Part shown: in pieces, positions 47,901 to 57,277 of the stretch
How positions within the stretch are numbered: position 1 is the stretch's first letter
How the letters are laid out: each line of letters starts with the position of its first letter
NCBI GenBank assembly: GCA_963820825.1
Contig: CAWGBN010000009.1
Location: 160,001 to 224,000, forward strand
Length of the DNA stretch: 64,000 nt
Direction: 5' to 3'
Origin: Vulcanimicrobiota bacterium
GTDB lineage: Bacteria > Vulcanimicrobiota > Vulcanimicrobiia > Vulcanimicrobiales > Vulcanimicrobiaceae
Program-made: the position numbers and the translations under genes
The notes under the pieces: model-generated
Told to the model about the DNA's origin: nothing
The model's database searches: none
What the model saw: only the letters and a program-made list of their open reading frames with translations

Positions 47901-48503
47901 TTCGAGCGCGTCGGCGACGCGCGTGGACGTCTCACCGGGCTCGGTAACCTCGTGCTCGTCAGCGCCTGCGAGCGCGATCTCGCGGCGGCTCGACGAGCTG
48001 CAGGCGAGGCGCTCGAGGCATCGCGCGAACTCGGTTTTAGTTTGATCGAGGCGGCGGTACTCGAGAACCTCGCCTTCGCCGAAGGCGCCGCCGGCGACTA
48101 CGCAGACGCGATCGCCCATGCTGAAGCCTCGCTCGAGGTTCGCGCTCGCTCGCAGTCACAGATTTGGTCGGCCAAAACGCTGGCCGATCTAGCGATCTGG
48201 CAGGCCGCACTCGGCAATCTCGAGAGAGCGCGCGAGTACGCACAGCGCATGCTCGCCAGTGAGGAGACGTTTCTACGAAGCACGGAGTGGCCGCAGTACT
48301 GTTATTGGGCTGCGGCTCAGGTCTTTCGGCTCCTCGGGGACCGCGCAACGGCGGCCCGAATGCTCAAACAGGCGAAGCAAATCATGGAGAGCACCGCACA
48401 GGAGCTCGATCCGGAAGACCGGGAGCATTTTCTCGGCATCGCATGGCATCGCGATATCGCCGAAGCCGTCCGCTACGACGCCTGGCCGATTCCTCCGCGA
48501 TAG
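44980..48503 (+). CDS. AfsR/SARP-like regulator: wHTH + BTAD + AAA ATPase + TPR (frameshift near 45561)
   Basis: [36 protein letters not shown]alker [16 protein letters not shown]-like C-terminus. Confidence 0.9.
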
Positions 48504-48530
48504 TTCTGAAACGATTTCGAACGCCGCCCC

Positions 48531-48539
48531 TGCTACGAT
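48531..48539 (+). promoter_or_regulatory. Extended -10 promoter (TGCTACGAT) preceded by imperfect direct repeats
   Basis: TGnTAnnnT; TGAAACG (48507) and TCGAACG (48517) repeats upstream. Confidence 0.5.
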
Positions 48540-48545
48540 GGTATC

Positions 48546-48626
48546 GGGAGTCGCGACAGAGCCGTAGCTCGTCGCGCTTGGAGCGCTCCGCGGGGGACGG
48601 GTCCGGGAGACCGTCCCCCCGCTCTC
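48546..48626 (+). ncRNA. Candidate structured RNA or leader with two GC-rich hairpins
   Basis: Hairpins at 48552-48576 and 48590-48622 immediately downstream of the -10 element; no family recognised. Confidence 0.35.
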
Positions 48627-48685
48627 ATCTATCGACGCTACCGCACCGCGGGGAACTTCACCGCACCAACGCAAAGAAATCAAGA

Positions 48686-49186
48686 ATGCGGTACGCCGTT
48701 CTGGGGACGCTCTTACTCTTCGCTTTGGGCGATTCGTGTTCGCCGCCGCCCAACGTCGTCGGCGTACAAGATTTCGGCCACGTCGTCGGGAGGGTTCTCG
48801 ATGCGATGACCAACCGGCCGATCGGCAACGCGCTGATCTCGGTCGGATCGCTCTATACGACCCGTGCCGACGTCAGCGGCGCCTTCAATCTGCGCTCGAT
48901 TGCAGGCGATCAGACGGTGACCGCCCGCGCGGCCGGATACTCGACGGCGACCGCCGACGCGACGATTCCCAAAGACGGTACCGCCTCGATCGGCTACATC
49001 CGCCTCGTGCAACTGACGGCACCGGCCGGAGAACCGACGCTCGCCCCGCCGGCCACGCCCTCGCCGCAGCCCTCGCCCACGACGCCGGCGGCCGCGCCGG
49101 CCTCAAGCATGCCGCCCTCAAGCACGCCGGCCCCTGCAGCGCCTGCCGCCGTCGCGCCGAGTCCCGGACCGAGCGGTTCGCCCTAA
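48686..49186 (+). CDS. Carboxypeptidase-regulatory-like domain exported protein with Pro/Ala-rich tail
   Basis: Signal peptide with Cys; V.GRVLDA.TNRPI.NA.I; A.GYS; low-complexity PAPA tail. Confidence 0.75.
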   Translation: MRYAVLGTLLLFALGDSCSPPPNVVGVQDFGHVVGRVLDAMTNRPIGNALISVGSLYTTRADVSGAFNLRSIAGDQTVTARAAGYSTATADATIPKDGTASIGYIRLVQLTAPAGEPTLAPPATPSPQPSPTTPAAAPASSMPPSSTPAPAAPAAVAPSPGPSGSP

Positions 49187-49190
49187 GCGA

Positions 49191-50792
49191 TCAACTTAGG
49201 CGCAACGACGCAAGATCGAGATCGTACTCGATCGAGCGATAGATGTCGTCGGGAATTTCGCCGCCACGCCGCATCTCGGTGATCGCGCGGCGCTCGGCCG
49301 CGAGCGCCTCCTTCTGCAGCCCGCGATCGATTCGCGTCTCGCGCACCACGTCAATATCATCCTTTTCGACTTTTCCGCGTAGAACGTCGATGCGTTGCTG
49401 ATACTCTTCGAGCACGCGACCGGCAACCTCGCGTTCGAGCGGCGTCCTGCGCTCGGCCTCCGCTTCGCGTTCGCGCAGCCGCGCGATACCCGCCTCGAGC
49501 GCGCGAATCCGCAGATCGGTCTCCCGCCGTTGGCTTCGGCTGGTCTCCGTAACGCCGAGCCATTCGATAAGCGGTCCGAGCGTCAGCCCCTGAAAGACGA
49601 GCGTCACGAAGATGACGCAAAAGGTGAAGAAAATCGCGAGGCTGCGCTGCGGAAATGGATTATCGCCCAGCGTATAGGGCAGCGACAGCGCGACCGCGAG
49701 CGAGACGATGCCGCGCATTCCCGCCCATGAGAGTACCGTAACCCGCTCCCACTGCGGCGCCGGGTCGCTCTCGCGCACGCGGCGGCTCAAAATGTACGGC
49801 AAGTAGCTCGTGGGAAAGATCCAGGCGATACGGACGACGATGACGGTGAGGCTCAGGAGCAAACCGTAGAGCGCGTAATCGCGTACGTGCGGTTCGAGGG
49901 CCTCGATGATCGCGGGCAGCTGAAGCCCGATGAGCAGAAACGCGTACGCGTTGAGCACGAAGATGAGCAGACGCCAGACGGAGCCGGCGAGCACGCGGGA
50001 GTCGGAATCGATGAAGGCGCTCGAGCGCCAGCTCAACAGCATTCCGGCGGTGACGGCCGCAAGCACGCCGGAGACGTGGAGCTCTTCGGCGGGGAGATAT
50101 GCGGCGAAGGGCGCCAGCAAGAAGACGACGCTCGAGATCAGCGCGTCGGCGTAGCCGCGCCGGGCAATATAGCGAAGAACGCCTTCGAGCGCAAACGCGA
50201 TCGCCGCACCGACGAGCGCGCCGCCGACGGCAACGATGACGAAGGCGACGCTCGCGCGCGCCAGCGAGAACGCCCCGGTGATCGCCGCGACGAGCGCAAA
50301 GCGATAGAGCACGAGCGCCGTCGCATCGTTCATCAAACACTCGCCGCCGACGATTGCGGCGACGCGCCGCGGGATCGCCAACCGCTCGAAGATCGCCTCC
50401 GACGCCACGGCGTCGGGAGGCGAAACGATCGCGCCGAGCGTGAAGGCGAGTGGCCAGGTGAACTCCGGAACGGTGTAGTGAACGACGACCGCGACGACTC
50501 CCATCGTGACGATCACCAATCCCACTGCATGGAGCGTAATCGGTATCGCGGCGCGCTTGAACTCCAGCCAATCCGTCGACCACGCCGCGCCGTAGAGCAG
50601 CGGCGGGATAACCAGCAGCATGATGACGTCGGGGTCGATATGCGGGCGCGGCAGGTGGCGGCTGAAGGCGAGCGCCACGCCGCCGATCACGAACGCGATC
50701 GGATAGGGAACGCGCAAGCGTTTCGCGACCAGCGTCAGGATGACGATGGCGGCGAGAAACGTGACGAGGACGGCCGCTTCAGAGATCGGCGT
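49191..50792 (-). CDS. CPA1 family Na+/H+ antiporter (start uncertain: ACG 50792 or TTG 50717)
   Basis: PPLLY, LGAIVSPPDAVA, GECLMNDA, SGVLAAV, WAGMRGIVSLA, QGLTL. Confidence 0.92.
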   Translation of the reverse strand, partial: TPISEAAVLVTFLAAIVILTLVAKRLRVPYPIAFVIGGVALAFSRHLPRPHIDPDVIMLLVIPPLLYGAAWSTDWLEFKRAAIPITLHAVGLVIVTMGVVAVVVHYTVPEFTWPLAFTLGAIVSPPDAVASEAIFERLAIPRRVAAIVGGECLMNDATALVLYRFALVAAITGAFSLARASVAFVIVAVGGALVGAAIAFALEGVLRYIARRGYADALISSVVFLLAPFAAYLPAEELHVSGVLAAVTAGMLLSWRSSAFIDSDSRVLAGSVWRLLIFVLNAYAFLLIGLQLPAIIEALEPHVRDYALYGLLLSLTVIVVRIAWIFPTSYLPYILSRRVRESDPAPQWERVTVLSWAGMRGIVSLAVALSLPYTLGDNPFPQRSLAIFFTFCVIFVTLVFQGLTLGPLIEWLGVTETSRSQRRETDLRIRALEAGIARLREREAEAERRTPLEREVAGRVLEEYQQRIDVLRGKVEKDDIDVVRETRIDRGLQKEALAAERRAITEMRRGGEIPDDIYRSIEYDLDLASLRLS

Positions 50793-51372
50793 CGTCCCCG
50801 ATCGACTCGCCCATCGCGCGTAGGTCGAGCGCGTAGCCGGCGACGACCAAATATATCCGCTCCGCGCGCCCTGCCAGCCGTTGGGTCATCCGGCCCATCG
50901 CGTCGCGAAAGAGCCGGGCCGCGGCAGCGACGGGCACGACGTCCCATCCGATCTGTTCGCTGACCGCGATAACGTCGGCCGGCGACTCGAGCATCGCGTC
51001 GACAAACCGCGCGGCCTCTTCGTCGAGCTGCGATTCGAGCACCATGTAATCGATCTCCAACAGATCGATCCGCGCGGCGATCCGCGCCGAAAGCCAGGTG
51101 CCGAGCGCGTCGACGATGAGACACGTGCCCGGCGCGGCGTCGCGAAAGAGCAGGAGTTGCGCCTCGCAGCTCATCGTGGCGGTCTCGACCGTCCGCCACG
51201 TAGCCGGACGATCGCGCACGTGACGCACGAGACGCGCCCGCCACTCGACGTCCTCCGGCGCGCCGGCCGCCGTGGCGATGTACGTCACCGGACGCCGGCT
51301 CTCGAGCGCGAGCCGCACGCCGAACGCGCTCTTTCCCGAACGCACCGGGCCGGTGATGAAGATCACTGCCAT
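50779..51372 (-). CDS. cobU: Adenosylcobinamide kinase / cobinamide-phosphate guanylyltransferase
   Basis: ITGPVRSGKS, YIATA, R..RH...RP..W.TVE, VSEQIGW.VVP, R.FRD..G, VVAG. Confidence 0.92.
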   Translation of the reverse strand: MAVIFITGPVRSGKSAFGVRLALESRRPVTYIATAAGAPEDVEWRARLVRHVRDRPATWRTVETATMSCEAQLLLFRDAAPGTCLIVDALGTWLSARIAARIDLLEIDYMVLESQLDEEAARFVDAMLESPADVIAVSEQIGWDVVPVAAAARLFRDAMGRMTQRLAGRAERIYLVVAGYALDLRAMGESIGDDADL

Positions 51373-51436
51373 CGCAGCGGGCCATTTCGACTCCAGGCGG
51401 CCTGCCGCCCCGCCCCGCCGAATCCGTTCCGAAGCC

Positions 51437-52531
51437 ATGGTGTTGAACGTCCTGAGCATCGCAATCGGCGTCTTCGTGATCGCGGCGAGCCTCGCCGACG
51501 TCTTTCAGGCGGTCGTCATGCCGCGCGCGACCGGGCGCCGTTACCGCATCAGCTTCTACTTCTGGCGAACGATGTGGCACCTCTGGCCGCGCGTCGCCTG
51601 GCGCCTCTTCTCCGACGGCGACCGGCGCGAAGATTTCCTTGCGGTCTTCGCGCCCTTCATGATGATCTCGTTGATCGGGCTCTGGGTCGGACTGATGATC
51701 TTCGGATTCGCGCTGGTGCTCTGGGGAACGCGCGGCGGCATCGCGCCCTCGCACGCCTCGTTTGGATCGGCGCTCTACTTCGCCGGCACGTCGCTGCTCA
51801 CGATCGGTTTCGGCGACGTCGTCGGACGCAGCGCACTCCCGCGGCTCGTCTCGATCCTGGCCGCGCTCGCCGGACTCTCGTTTCTCTCGATCATGACCGC
51901 CTTCTTATTCGCCGTCTTCGGCTCGTTTCAGCAGCGCGAAACGTTCGTCGTCACGGTTGCGGCGCGCGCCGGCTCGCCGCCGAGCGGCGTCAACCTGCTG
52001 GCGATCGCGGGATATTCGCGAACGCACGACGATCTCTCGCCGCTGATGATCGACGCGCAACGCTGGGCCGCCGCGGTCATGGAGAGCCACTTAGCCTATC
52101 CGGTGCTCGCGTTCTTCCGGTCGAGCCACGACGATCAATCCTGGGTCGGCACGCTCGGCACGCTGCTCGACGCGGCAACGCTGATGATGACCACGCTCAA
52201 AGACGTGCGCGACGGACAGGCGCGCATCTTCTACAACGTCGGCCGCCACGCGACACGCGACCTCAGCCGCTACTTTCGCGTAGAGACCCCGGATGAGACG
52301 GCCGGTATCGAGCGGGCCGAGTTCGATCACGCCTGCGATCGCTTGGAGGCCGCGGGCTACGCGCTCAACGATCGCGACGAAGCCTGGACGCGCTTCGCGA
52401 ATCTCCGCTCCGGCTATGCCGGCCGCCTCAACGTTCTCGCCCGCTTCTTCGAGATTCCGCCGCTGCAATGGATCGGCGACCGCTCGACGCTCCATGTTGC
52501 CGCACATGGCGAGTTCAAGTATCCCGCCTAA
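51437..52531 (+). CDS. Potassium channel family protein (Ion_trans_2)
   Basis: ALYFAGTSLLTIGFGD selectivity filter; ESHLAYPVL.FFRS. Confidence 0.88.
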   Translation: MVLNVLSIAIGVFVIAASLADVFQAVVMPRATGRRYRISFYFWRTMWHLWPRVAWRLFSDGDRREDFLAVFAPFMMISLIGLWVGLMIFGFALVLWGTRGGIAPSHASFGSALYFAGTSLLTIGFGDVVGRSALPRLVSILAALAGLSFLSIMTAFLFAVFGSFQQRETFVVTVAARAGSPPSGVNLLAIAGYSRTHDDLSPLMIDAQRWAAAVMESHLAYPVLAFFRSSHDDQSWVGTLGTLLDAATLMMTTLKDVRDGQARIFYNVGRHATRDLSRYFRVETPDETAGIERAEFDHACDRLEAAGYALNDRDEAWTRFANLRSGYAGRLNVLARFFEIPPLQWIGDRSTLHVAAHGEFKYPA

Positions 52532-52533
52532 CG

Positions 52534-53238
52534 CTAAAAACCGTGCGTGCGATCGTAACGGTGCAGAAATCGCTTGACGTCGTCGATCGGCACGGCAAAG
52601 CCGATGCTGCGCTCTTCATCGAAGCGCGATTCGGCGACGCCGACGACTTCGCCGGTCGTCGCAATGAAGACCGGCGCGCCGCTCTCGCCCGGAACGATCG
52701 AAAGCGTCACTTCGAGCGCGTCCTTGCGAACCGAGGAGAGGCGTCCGGTGTTGAGCGAGGTCGCGAGACCCAAACCTTCGTCGTCGAACTCATCGGGGAT
52801 CGGATAACCGAGTAGACCGACTTCCCGTCCCACCTCGCCTTGCAGATGGGCCGAAGAGCCTAAGGCCATCGTCGGGAGCGGATGGCGCGGCGTGCGCAGC
52901 AGTGCGAGGTCGAGATCTTCATTCGTTGCCACGACGCGGGCCGGCGCGTGCGAGCGATTTCCGATCGTAATGTGGAGATTCCACGCGCCCTCGATCGCAT
53001 GCTGCACCGTCAGAATATCGCTGCCCCAGTCGCCCGAGGCGACGACGAAGCCGGTGGCGTACGCGTCGTCGTAACGGTCCTTCTTGTGCTCGGGGGGTAC
53101 GCGCATCGACAACAGCACGACCGCGGGCCGGAGTCGTTGGACCGAAGAGACGAAGGCATCGTCGGCATCGCGGGCGCAGGCCGTAGCGAGAAAGAGCAGC
53201 GCTATCCCGCAGGCGATTCGGGGGGTCACTTGAGGCAA
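52534..53238 (-). CDS. Trypsin-like (S1C-type) serine protease lipoprotein without PDZ
   Basis: ATGFVV, LTVQH, DLALL, LGYP, PGESGAPV, GFAVP. Confidence 0.85.
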   Translation of the reverse strand: MPQVTPRIACGIALLFLATACARDADDAFVSSVQRLRPAVVLLSMRVPPEHKKDRYDDAYATGFVVASGDWGSDILTVQHAIEGAWNLHITIGNRSHAPARVVATNEDLDLALLRTPRHPLPTMALGSSAHLQGEVGREVGLLGYPIPDEFDDEGLGLATSLNTGRLSSVRKDALEVTLSIVPGESGAPVFIATTGEVVGVAESRFDEERSIGFAVPIDDVKRFLHRYDRTHGF

Positions 53239-54317
53239 TCGCTCAGTGCGGCGCGCAATCCGTCGAGGCCGGCTCCGGTGCGCGCGCTGACGAAGAACGC
53301 CCCGGACTCATCCGGTGCTTCGGCCGGCCTCAGGTCGCACTTGTTGAACACGGCAATTCGGGGCGTCTGGTCGAGGCCCAGCTCGTGCAGGATCGCTTCG
53401 ACGGCGCGCCGCTGCCGCGGCCATTGCGGGTTGCTCGCATCGAGCACGTGGAGCAGGAGATCTGCGTTACCGATCTCTTCCAGCGTCGCGCGAAACGCAT
53501 TCACGAGATCCTTGGGAAGATCGGTGATGAAGCCGACCGTATCGGCGATGCGAACGTACTTGCCGGGCTCGAGATAGGCCCGGCGAATCGTCGGATCGAG
53601 CGTCGCAAAGGGGCGGTCGGCGACGTATGCATCGCTGCGCGCGAGCGCGTTGAGCAGCGACGACTTGCCGACGTTGGTGTAACCGACGAGCGCCACGAGC
53701 GGCTCGGGACGCGACGAAGAGCGTCGCACCGCGCGTTGGCGGCGAACGTCGCCGAGCAATCGGTTGAGGGCGGCGATGCGCGCGCCGATACGCCGTCGAT
53801 CGACTTCGAGCTTCGTCTCGCCGGGGCCGCGCGTCCCGATTCCGCCGCCCAAGCGCGAGAGATCCGCTCCGGCGCCGATCAGGTTCGACTGGCGATAGCG
53901 CAGTTGGGCGAGTTCGACCTGAAGCTTCCCCTCGCGGCTACGCGCGTGCCGCGCAAAGACGTCGAGAATGAGCATCGTTCGGTCGACGATCGGCAGCGGA
54001 ACGATCTTCTCGAGATTCCGGCGCTGGCGCGGGCGCAGATCGTTGAGCACCAAAAGCAATCCCGCGCCGAGCTCGGCGGCCCGTTCGGCGATCTCGCGCG
54101 CCTTGCCGCTGCCGACGAGCGTCGCCGGGTCGACGGTTTCGCGATGCTGTACGACGCGATCGAGCACGTTCGCCCCAGCAGCATGCGCGAGCGCTTCGAG
54201 CTCGGCAAGCTCGGGCTCGAGAGAATCGTGCAGCGCGCGCGTCGCGACGGCGACAACGAGCGCGCCGTCGCTCACGGCGTCGCGACTGCGAGCGGCGTCA
54301 GATGGTCGACGAGCCAT
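53226..54317 (-). CDS. hflX: Ribosome-splitting GTPase HflX
   Basis: EGKLQVELAQL, GGGIGTRGPGETKLE, GYTNVGKS, FATLDPT, DTVGF, NKCD. Confidence 0.95.
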   Translation of the reverse strand: MARRPSDAARSRDAVSDGALVVAVATRALHDSLEPELAELEALAHAAGANVLDRVVQHRETVDPATLVGSGKAREIAERAAELGAGLLLVLNDLRPRQRRNLEKIVPLPIVDRTMLILDVFARHARSREGKLQVELAQLRYRQSNLIGAGADLSRLGGGIGTRGPGETKLEVDRRRIGARIAALNRLLGDVRRQRAVRRSSSRPEPLVALVGYTNVGKSSLLNALARSDAYVADRPFATLDPTIRRAYLEPGKYVRIADTVGFITDLPKDLVNAFRATLEEIGNADLLLHVLDASNPQWPRQRRAVEAILHELGLDQTPRIAVFNKCDLRPAEAPDESGAFFVSARTGAGLDGLRAALSDCLK

Positions 54318-55138
54318 CGTACTCCTTGATTGTACCCCGGGCCGGGACGCTCGATGATCTTCGGGTCGACGTCGTAGACGCGATGCAGCCGCACCGCGGT
54401 CAGGCTGCGCCACGGCTCGCGATCGAGCGCGCCGCTGAGATGTACCGCGGCATCGGCGACGAGCACGTTGGGTTGGCGGCGCACGAGCGCTTCGGCACTG
54501 TAGACGCCATAGGCCGCGTGCAGATCGCTCGCCGCGTTCGTTCCTCCCGCCAGCGCGATCAGCGTGGAAATATACGAGGCGGAGCCGGCCGTCCAAATCG
54601 GACCGCTGCCGAGCACGATGAAGACGCTCGGGTGGCGCGCGTACGCCGCGGTTCGCGCGTGGAGCTGCGCCGTCTCACGCTGCAGACGCGCGATCGTTAC
54701 CGCCGCTTCGCGCGAGCGACCGGTGAGCGCGCCGATGCGCTGCAGATTCTCGAATATTGAGGCATACGAGTCGTCGGCGAGGAACACGACGCGAATTCCC
54801 GCGTGTCGCAACGGCTCGGTGAGACGCTCTTGCGCGGGGATGCCCAGGACGAGCGTGGGACGCAACGCAACGATCGCCTCGTCGTCGACGCTGGCCGCGT
54901 CGGCAACGCGGGGAAGCGCCTTTGCCTGCGGTGCGTCCGTGTAGGAAGAGACTGCGACCAGCTGCGAGCCCGCTCCGACGGCATACGCGTCGTCGGCAAA
55001 CGACGGGACGAGCGTCACCACGCGCCCCGGGAGGGCCGGAGACGCCGCAGGCGAGCTCGCGGTACTCGAACGGGCGGTACAGCCGGCGAGCGCCGCTACC
55101 GCGGCGCACGCAAGCAGAAACGACCGCAGCGAACGCAT
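54272..55138 (-). CDS. btuF: Cobalamin ABC transporter substrate-binding lipoprotein
   Basis: Lipobox LAGC; RVVTLVPS, EAIVALRP, SAEALV..QP, RPGP; divergent from the B12 riboswitch/btuB. Confidence 0.82.
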   Translation of the reverse strand: MRSLRSFLLACAAVAALAGCTARSSTASSPAASPALPGRVVTLVPSFADDAYAVGAGSQLVAVSSYTDAPQAKALPRVADAASVDDEAIVALRPTLVLGIPAQERLTEPLRHAGIRVVFLADDSYASIFENLQRIGALTGRSREAAVTIARLQRETAQLHARTAAYARHPSVFIVLGSGPIWTAGSASYISTLIALAGGTNAASDLHAAYGVYSAEALVRRQPNVLVADAAVHLSGALDREPWRSLTAVRLHRVYDVDPKIIERPGPGYNQGVRWLVDHLTPLAVATP

Positions 55139-55189
55139 CCCAACCGAGTACGCAAGAAGGAGCGCGCCGCCCTTTGCGCAATTCGGCTC

Positions 55190-55340
55190 GTACGTTTGCG
55201 CGGGAAGCCGGTGTGAGGCCGGCACGGTCGCGCCACTGTATGCGGGGAGCCGCTCGAGCCACTGTCCTCGACTCGCTTTAGGATGGGAAGGCTCGGGCAC
55301 CGGCAACGATCCGCGAGTCAGGATATCGTCGCAAACGTTC
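55190..55340 (+). ncRNA. Cobalamin (B12) riboswitch
   Basis: GGGAAgccGGTGtgaggCCGGcaCGGtcgcGCCACTGT ... GCCACTG..GGGAAGG ... GAGTCAGGA B12-box upstream of btuB. Confidence 0.93.
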
Positions 55341-55375
55341 TTCTGCAGATCCGCCTCGCGCAAAGGAAGGATGCG

Positions 55376-57277
55376 ATGCTCTCAACGCTTCTTGCGGCGA
55401 TCGCCGCCACGACTCCGTCACCCTCGCCCTCGCCAAGCCCCGTGCCGCAGATCGCGCACGTCGTAACCAGCGATCGCGGCCTCGAATCGGCCGCGCGAAC
55501 CGCTCGCACGACGTACGTTGTAACGGCCGCACAAATTGCACGCGACGGCGACCGAACGGTTGCCGATGCAATCGAATCGGTTCCCGGCGTCAACCTCGTC
55601 CGCTACGGTGCTTTCGGCGCCGCGGCGACGGTCGGCGTACGCGGCAGCTCGGCGCAGCAGATCTTGGTTCTCGTCGACGGGCTGCCGATGGCCGGAGGAG
55701 AGATCGACGACATCAACCTCGAGCAGTTTTCGGTCAGCGGCGTCGATCGCATCGAAGTCGTGGAAGGCGGCGGCTCGACGCTCTACGGATCGGGATCGAT
55801 GGGCGGGGTGATCAACATCATCACCGCCTCTCCCCCGTCGGGAAGCAACGCGACGATCGCAACTGGATCGTTCGACGAACAAACGTATCTCTTTCAAACG
55901 CCCTATCTAACGTTTCAACGCACGTATGCGACGAACGACTACTCGGTTGTGAATGCGCCGAATAGGCAGAACGCTCAGGCCGGTTTGACGAGCGTGACCG
56001 CGCGATACGCCCACGCCGTCGGACGGATCGACGTCACGTTGAGCGGCGATCTGACCGACGCCGACTCGGGAGCTCCGGGCGAGCTCGGATACTTTTCGCC
56101 GACGAGCGAGCAGAACAACGTGAACCGCGACGTGCGGCTCAACCTCGAGCACAAAGGCCCGCGCTCGTCCACCACCCTCGACTTGGGCGACTCCTCGCAA
56201 GACCTCGCATATACGTGCAACACGCCGGTCGATTACAACTGTCCGAACTCCGCATATCCAACGCCGCCGCCGGGAATGACGTCGAACCCGCCATACGCTC
56301 AGGAGCTCTACGACCAGCATTGGATGGCGGCCCTGCGCAACGTCGCCGGCGACGAGCACGAACGTCTGGTCTACGGAATCGACGCGATGCGCGGCATCGC
56401 GCGCGTCGATACGGGAACGGGCGGCGGCTCGCCGTTTGCAGCCGACAACGCGCCGGTCTTCGACCCCTACGCACAGACGGCGGCGTACGTGCAGTCACAG
56501 TGGTTTTGGGAAGACGGCGCACAGATCTACGCGGGCCTGCGTGGGGAGCGCGACGGCGGCCTCGGCGGCGCTTATTCACCTTCGCTCGGCGGTGTCGCCC
56601 CGCTGGGAAAGGCACTCCAGCTGAAGATCAACGCTGCCACCGCATTTCGCGCGCCGACCGCCGAGGAGCTCTACTATCCGGGCTTCTCGAATCCGGATCT
56701 CGGACCGGAGCGAACGCGCGTCGCCGACGCGACGGTCGTCGTTCCCGCTCTCGCCGGCGGTCTCAGTTTCGGCTGGTTCGCAATGAGCGGCTCGAACTTC
56801 ATCGTCTCGCCGCCGCCGGACTACATTCCGGAGAACGTCGGCCACGCCTCGATTGCGGGTCTCACGCTCCAGGCATCGACGCCTGGATATCGGGGATTCA
56901 CCGCGACGCTCGGCGTTACCAATCTCTACCGAGCCCAAAATCTCGATACCGACTCGCGCCTGCCCGGGAGAGGGCCGGTCTTTGCCGTGAATCTCGGCCT
57001 GCGCTACGTCGCGCCGCCGCAGAGCCGCTTCGACGGATTCAACGTCATCATGCAAACGCAAGGTCCGCAAGAAAACGCCGATCCCTACTTGCAGGCGGCC
57101 GACTCGACGTATCAGCCTTCGACGTTTACCGTGATCAATGGCTACGCCGGGTATCGGTTCGGCTCGCACCTGATTCTGTCACTGCGCGGCTACAATCTCG
57201 GCAACGATCGCTACGCGATCTACGCCGGCTTTCCGATGCCCGGCCGATCTTTCGCGCTCGAGATGCGAAGCCGGTGA
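55376..57277 (+). CDS. btuB: TonB-dependent cobalamin receptor
   Basis: Plug motif VRG....ILVLVDG...DRIEVVEGGGSTLYGSGSMGGVINIIT; TAFRAPT..ELY; PGRSF; riboswitch-preceded. Confidence 0.88.
   Translation: MLSTLLAAIAATTPSPSPSPSPVPQIAHVVTSDRGLESAARTARTTYVVTAAQIARDGDRTVADAIESVPGVNLVRYGAFGAAATVGVRGSSAQQILVLVDGLPMAGGEIDDINLEQFSVSGVDRIEVVEGGGSTLYGSGSMGGVINIITASPPSGSNATIATGSFDEQTYLFQTPYLTFQRTYATNDYSVVNAPNRQNAQAGLTSVTARYAHAVGRIDVTLSGDLTDADSGAPGELGYFSPTSEQNNVNRDVRLNLEHKGPRSSTTLDLGDSSQDLAYTCNTPVDYNCPNSAYPTPPPGMTSNPPYAQELYDQHWMAALRNVAGDEHERLVYGIDAMRGIARVDTGTGGGSPFAADNAPVFDPYAQTAAYVQSQWFWEDGAQIYAGLRGERDGGLGGAYSPSLGGVAPLGKALQLKINAATAFRAPTAEELYYPGFSNPDLGPERTRVADATVVVPALAGGLSFGWFAMSGSNFIVSPPPDYIPENVGHASIAGLTLQASTPGYRGFTATLGVTNLYRAQNLDTDSRLPGRGPVFAVNLGLRYVAPPQSRFDGFNVIMQTQGPQENADPYLQAADSTYQPSTFTVINGYAGYRFGSHLILSLRGYNLGNDRYAIYAGFPMPGRSFALEMRSR

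Noticed and set aside
48538..48567. Short ORF MVSGVATEP as an AfsS-like peptide
   Set aside because: Its ATG overlaps the predicted -10 element and it has no SD, so it would not be on that transcript
48590..48622. Hairpin as SRP RNA, tRNA or a classical intrinsic terminator
   Set aside because: It lacks the SRP helix-8 motif, a cloverleaf, and a U-tract on either strand
49040..49186. Short repeats in the Pro/Ala tail (CCTCAAGCA twice)
   Set aside because: Low-complexity linker coding, not an array
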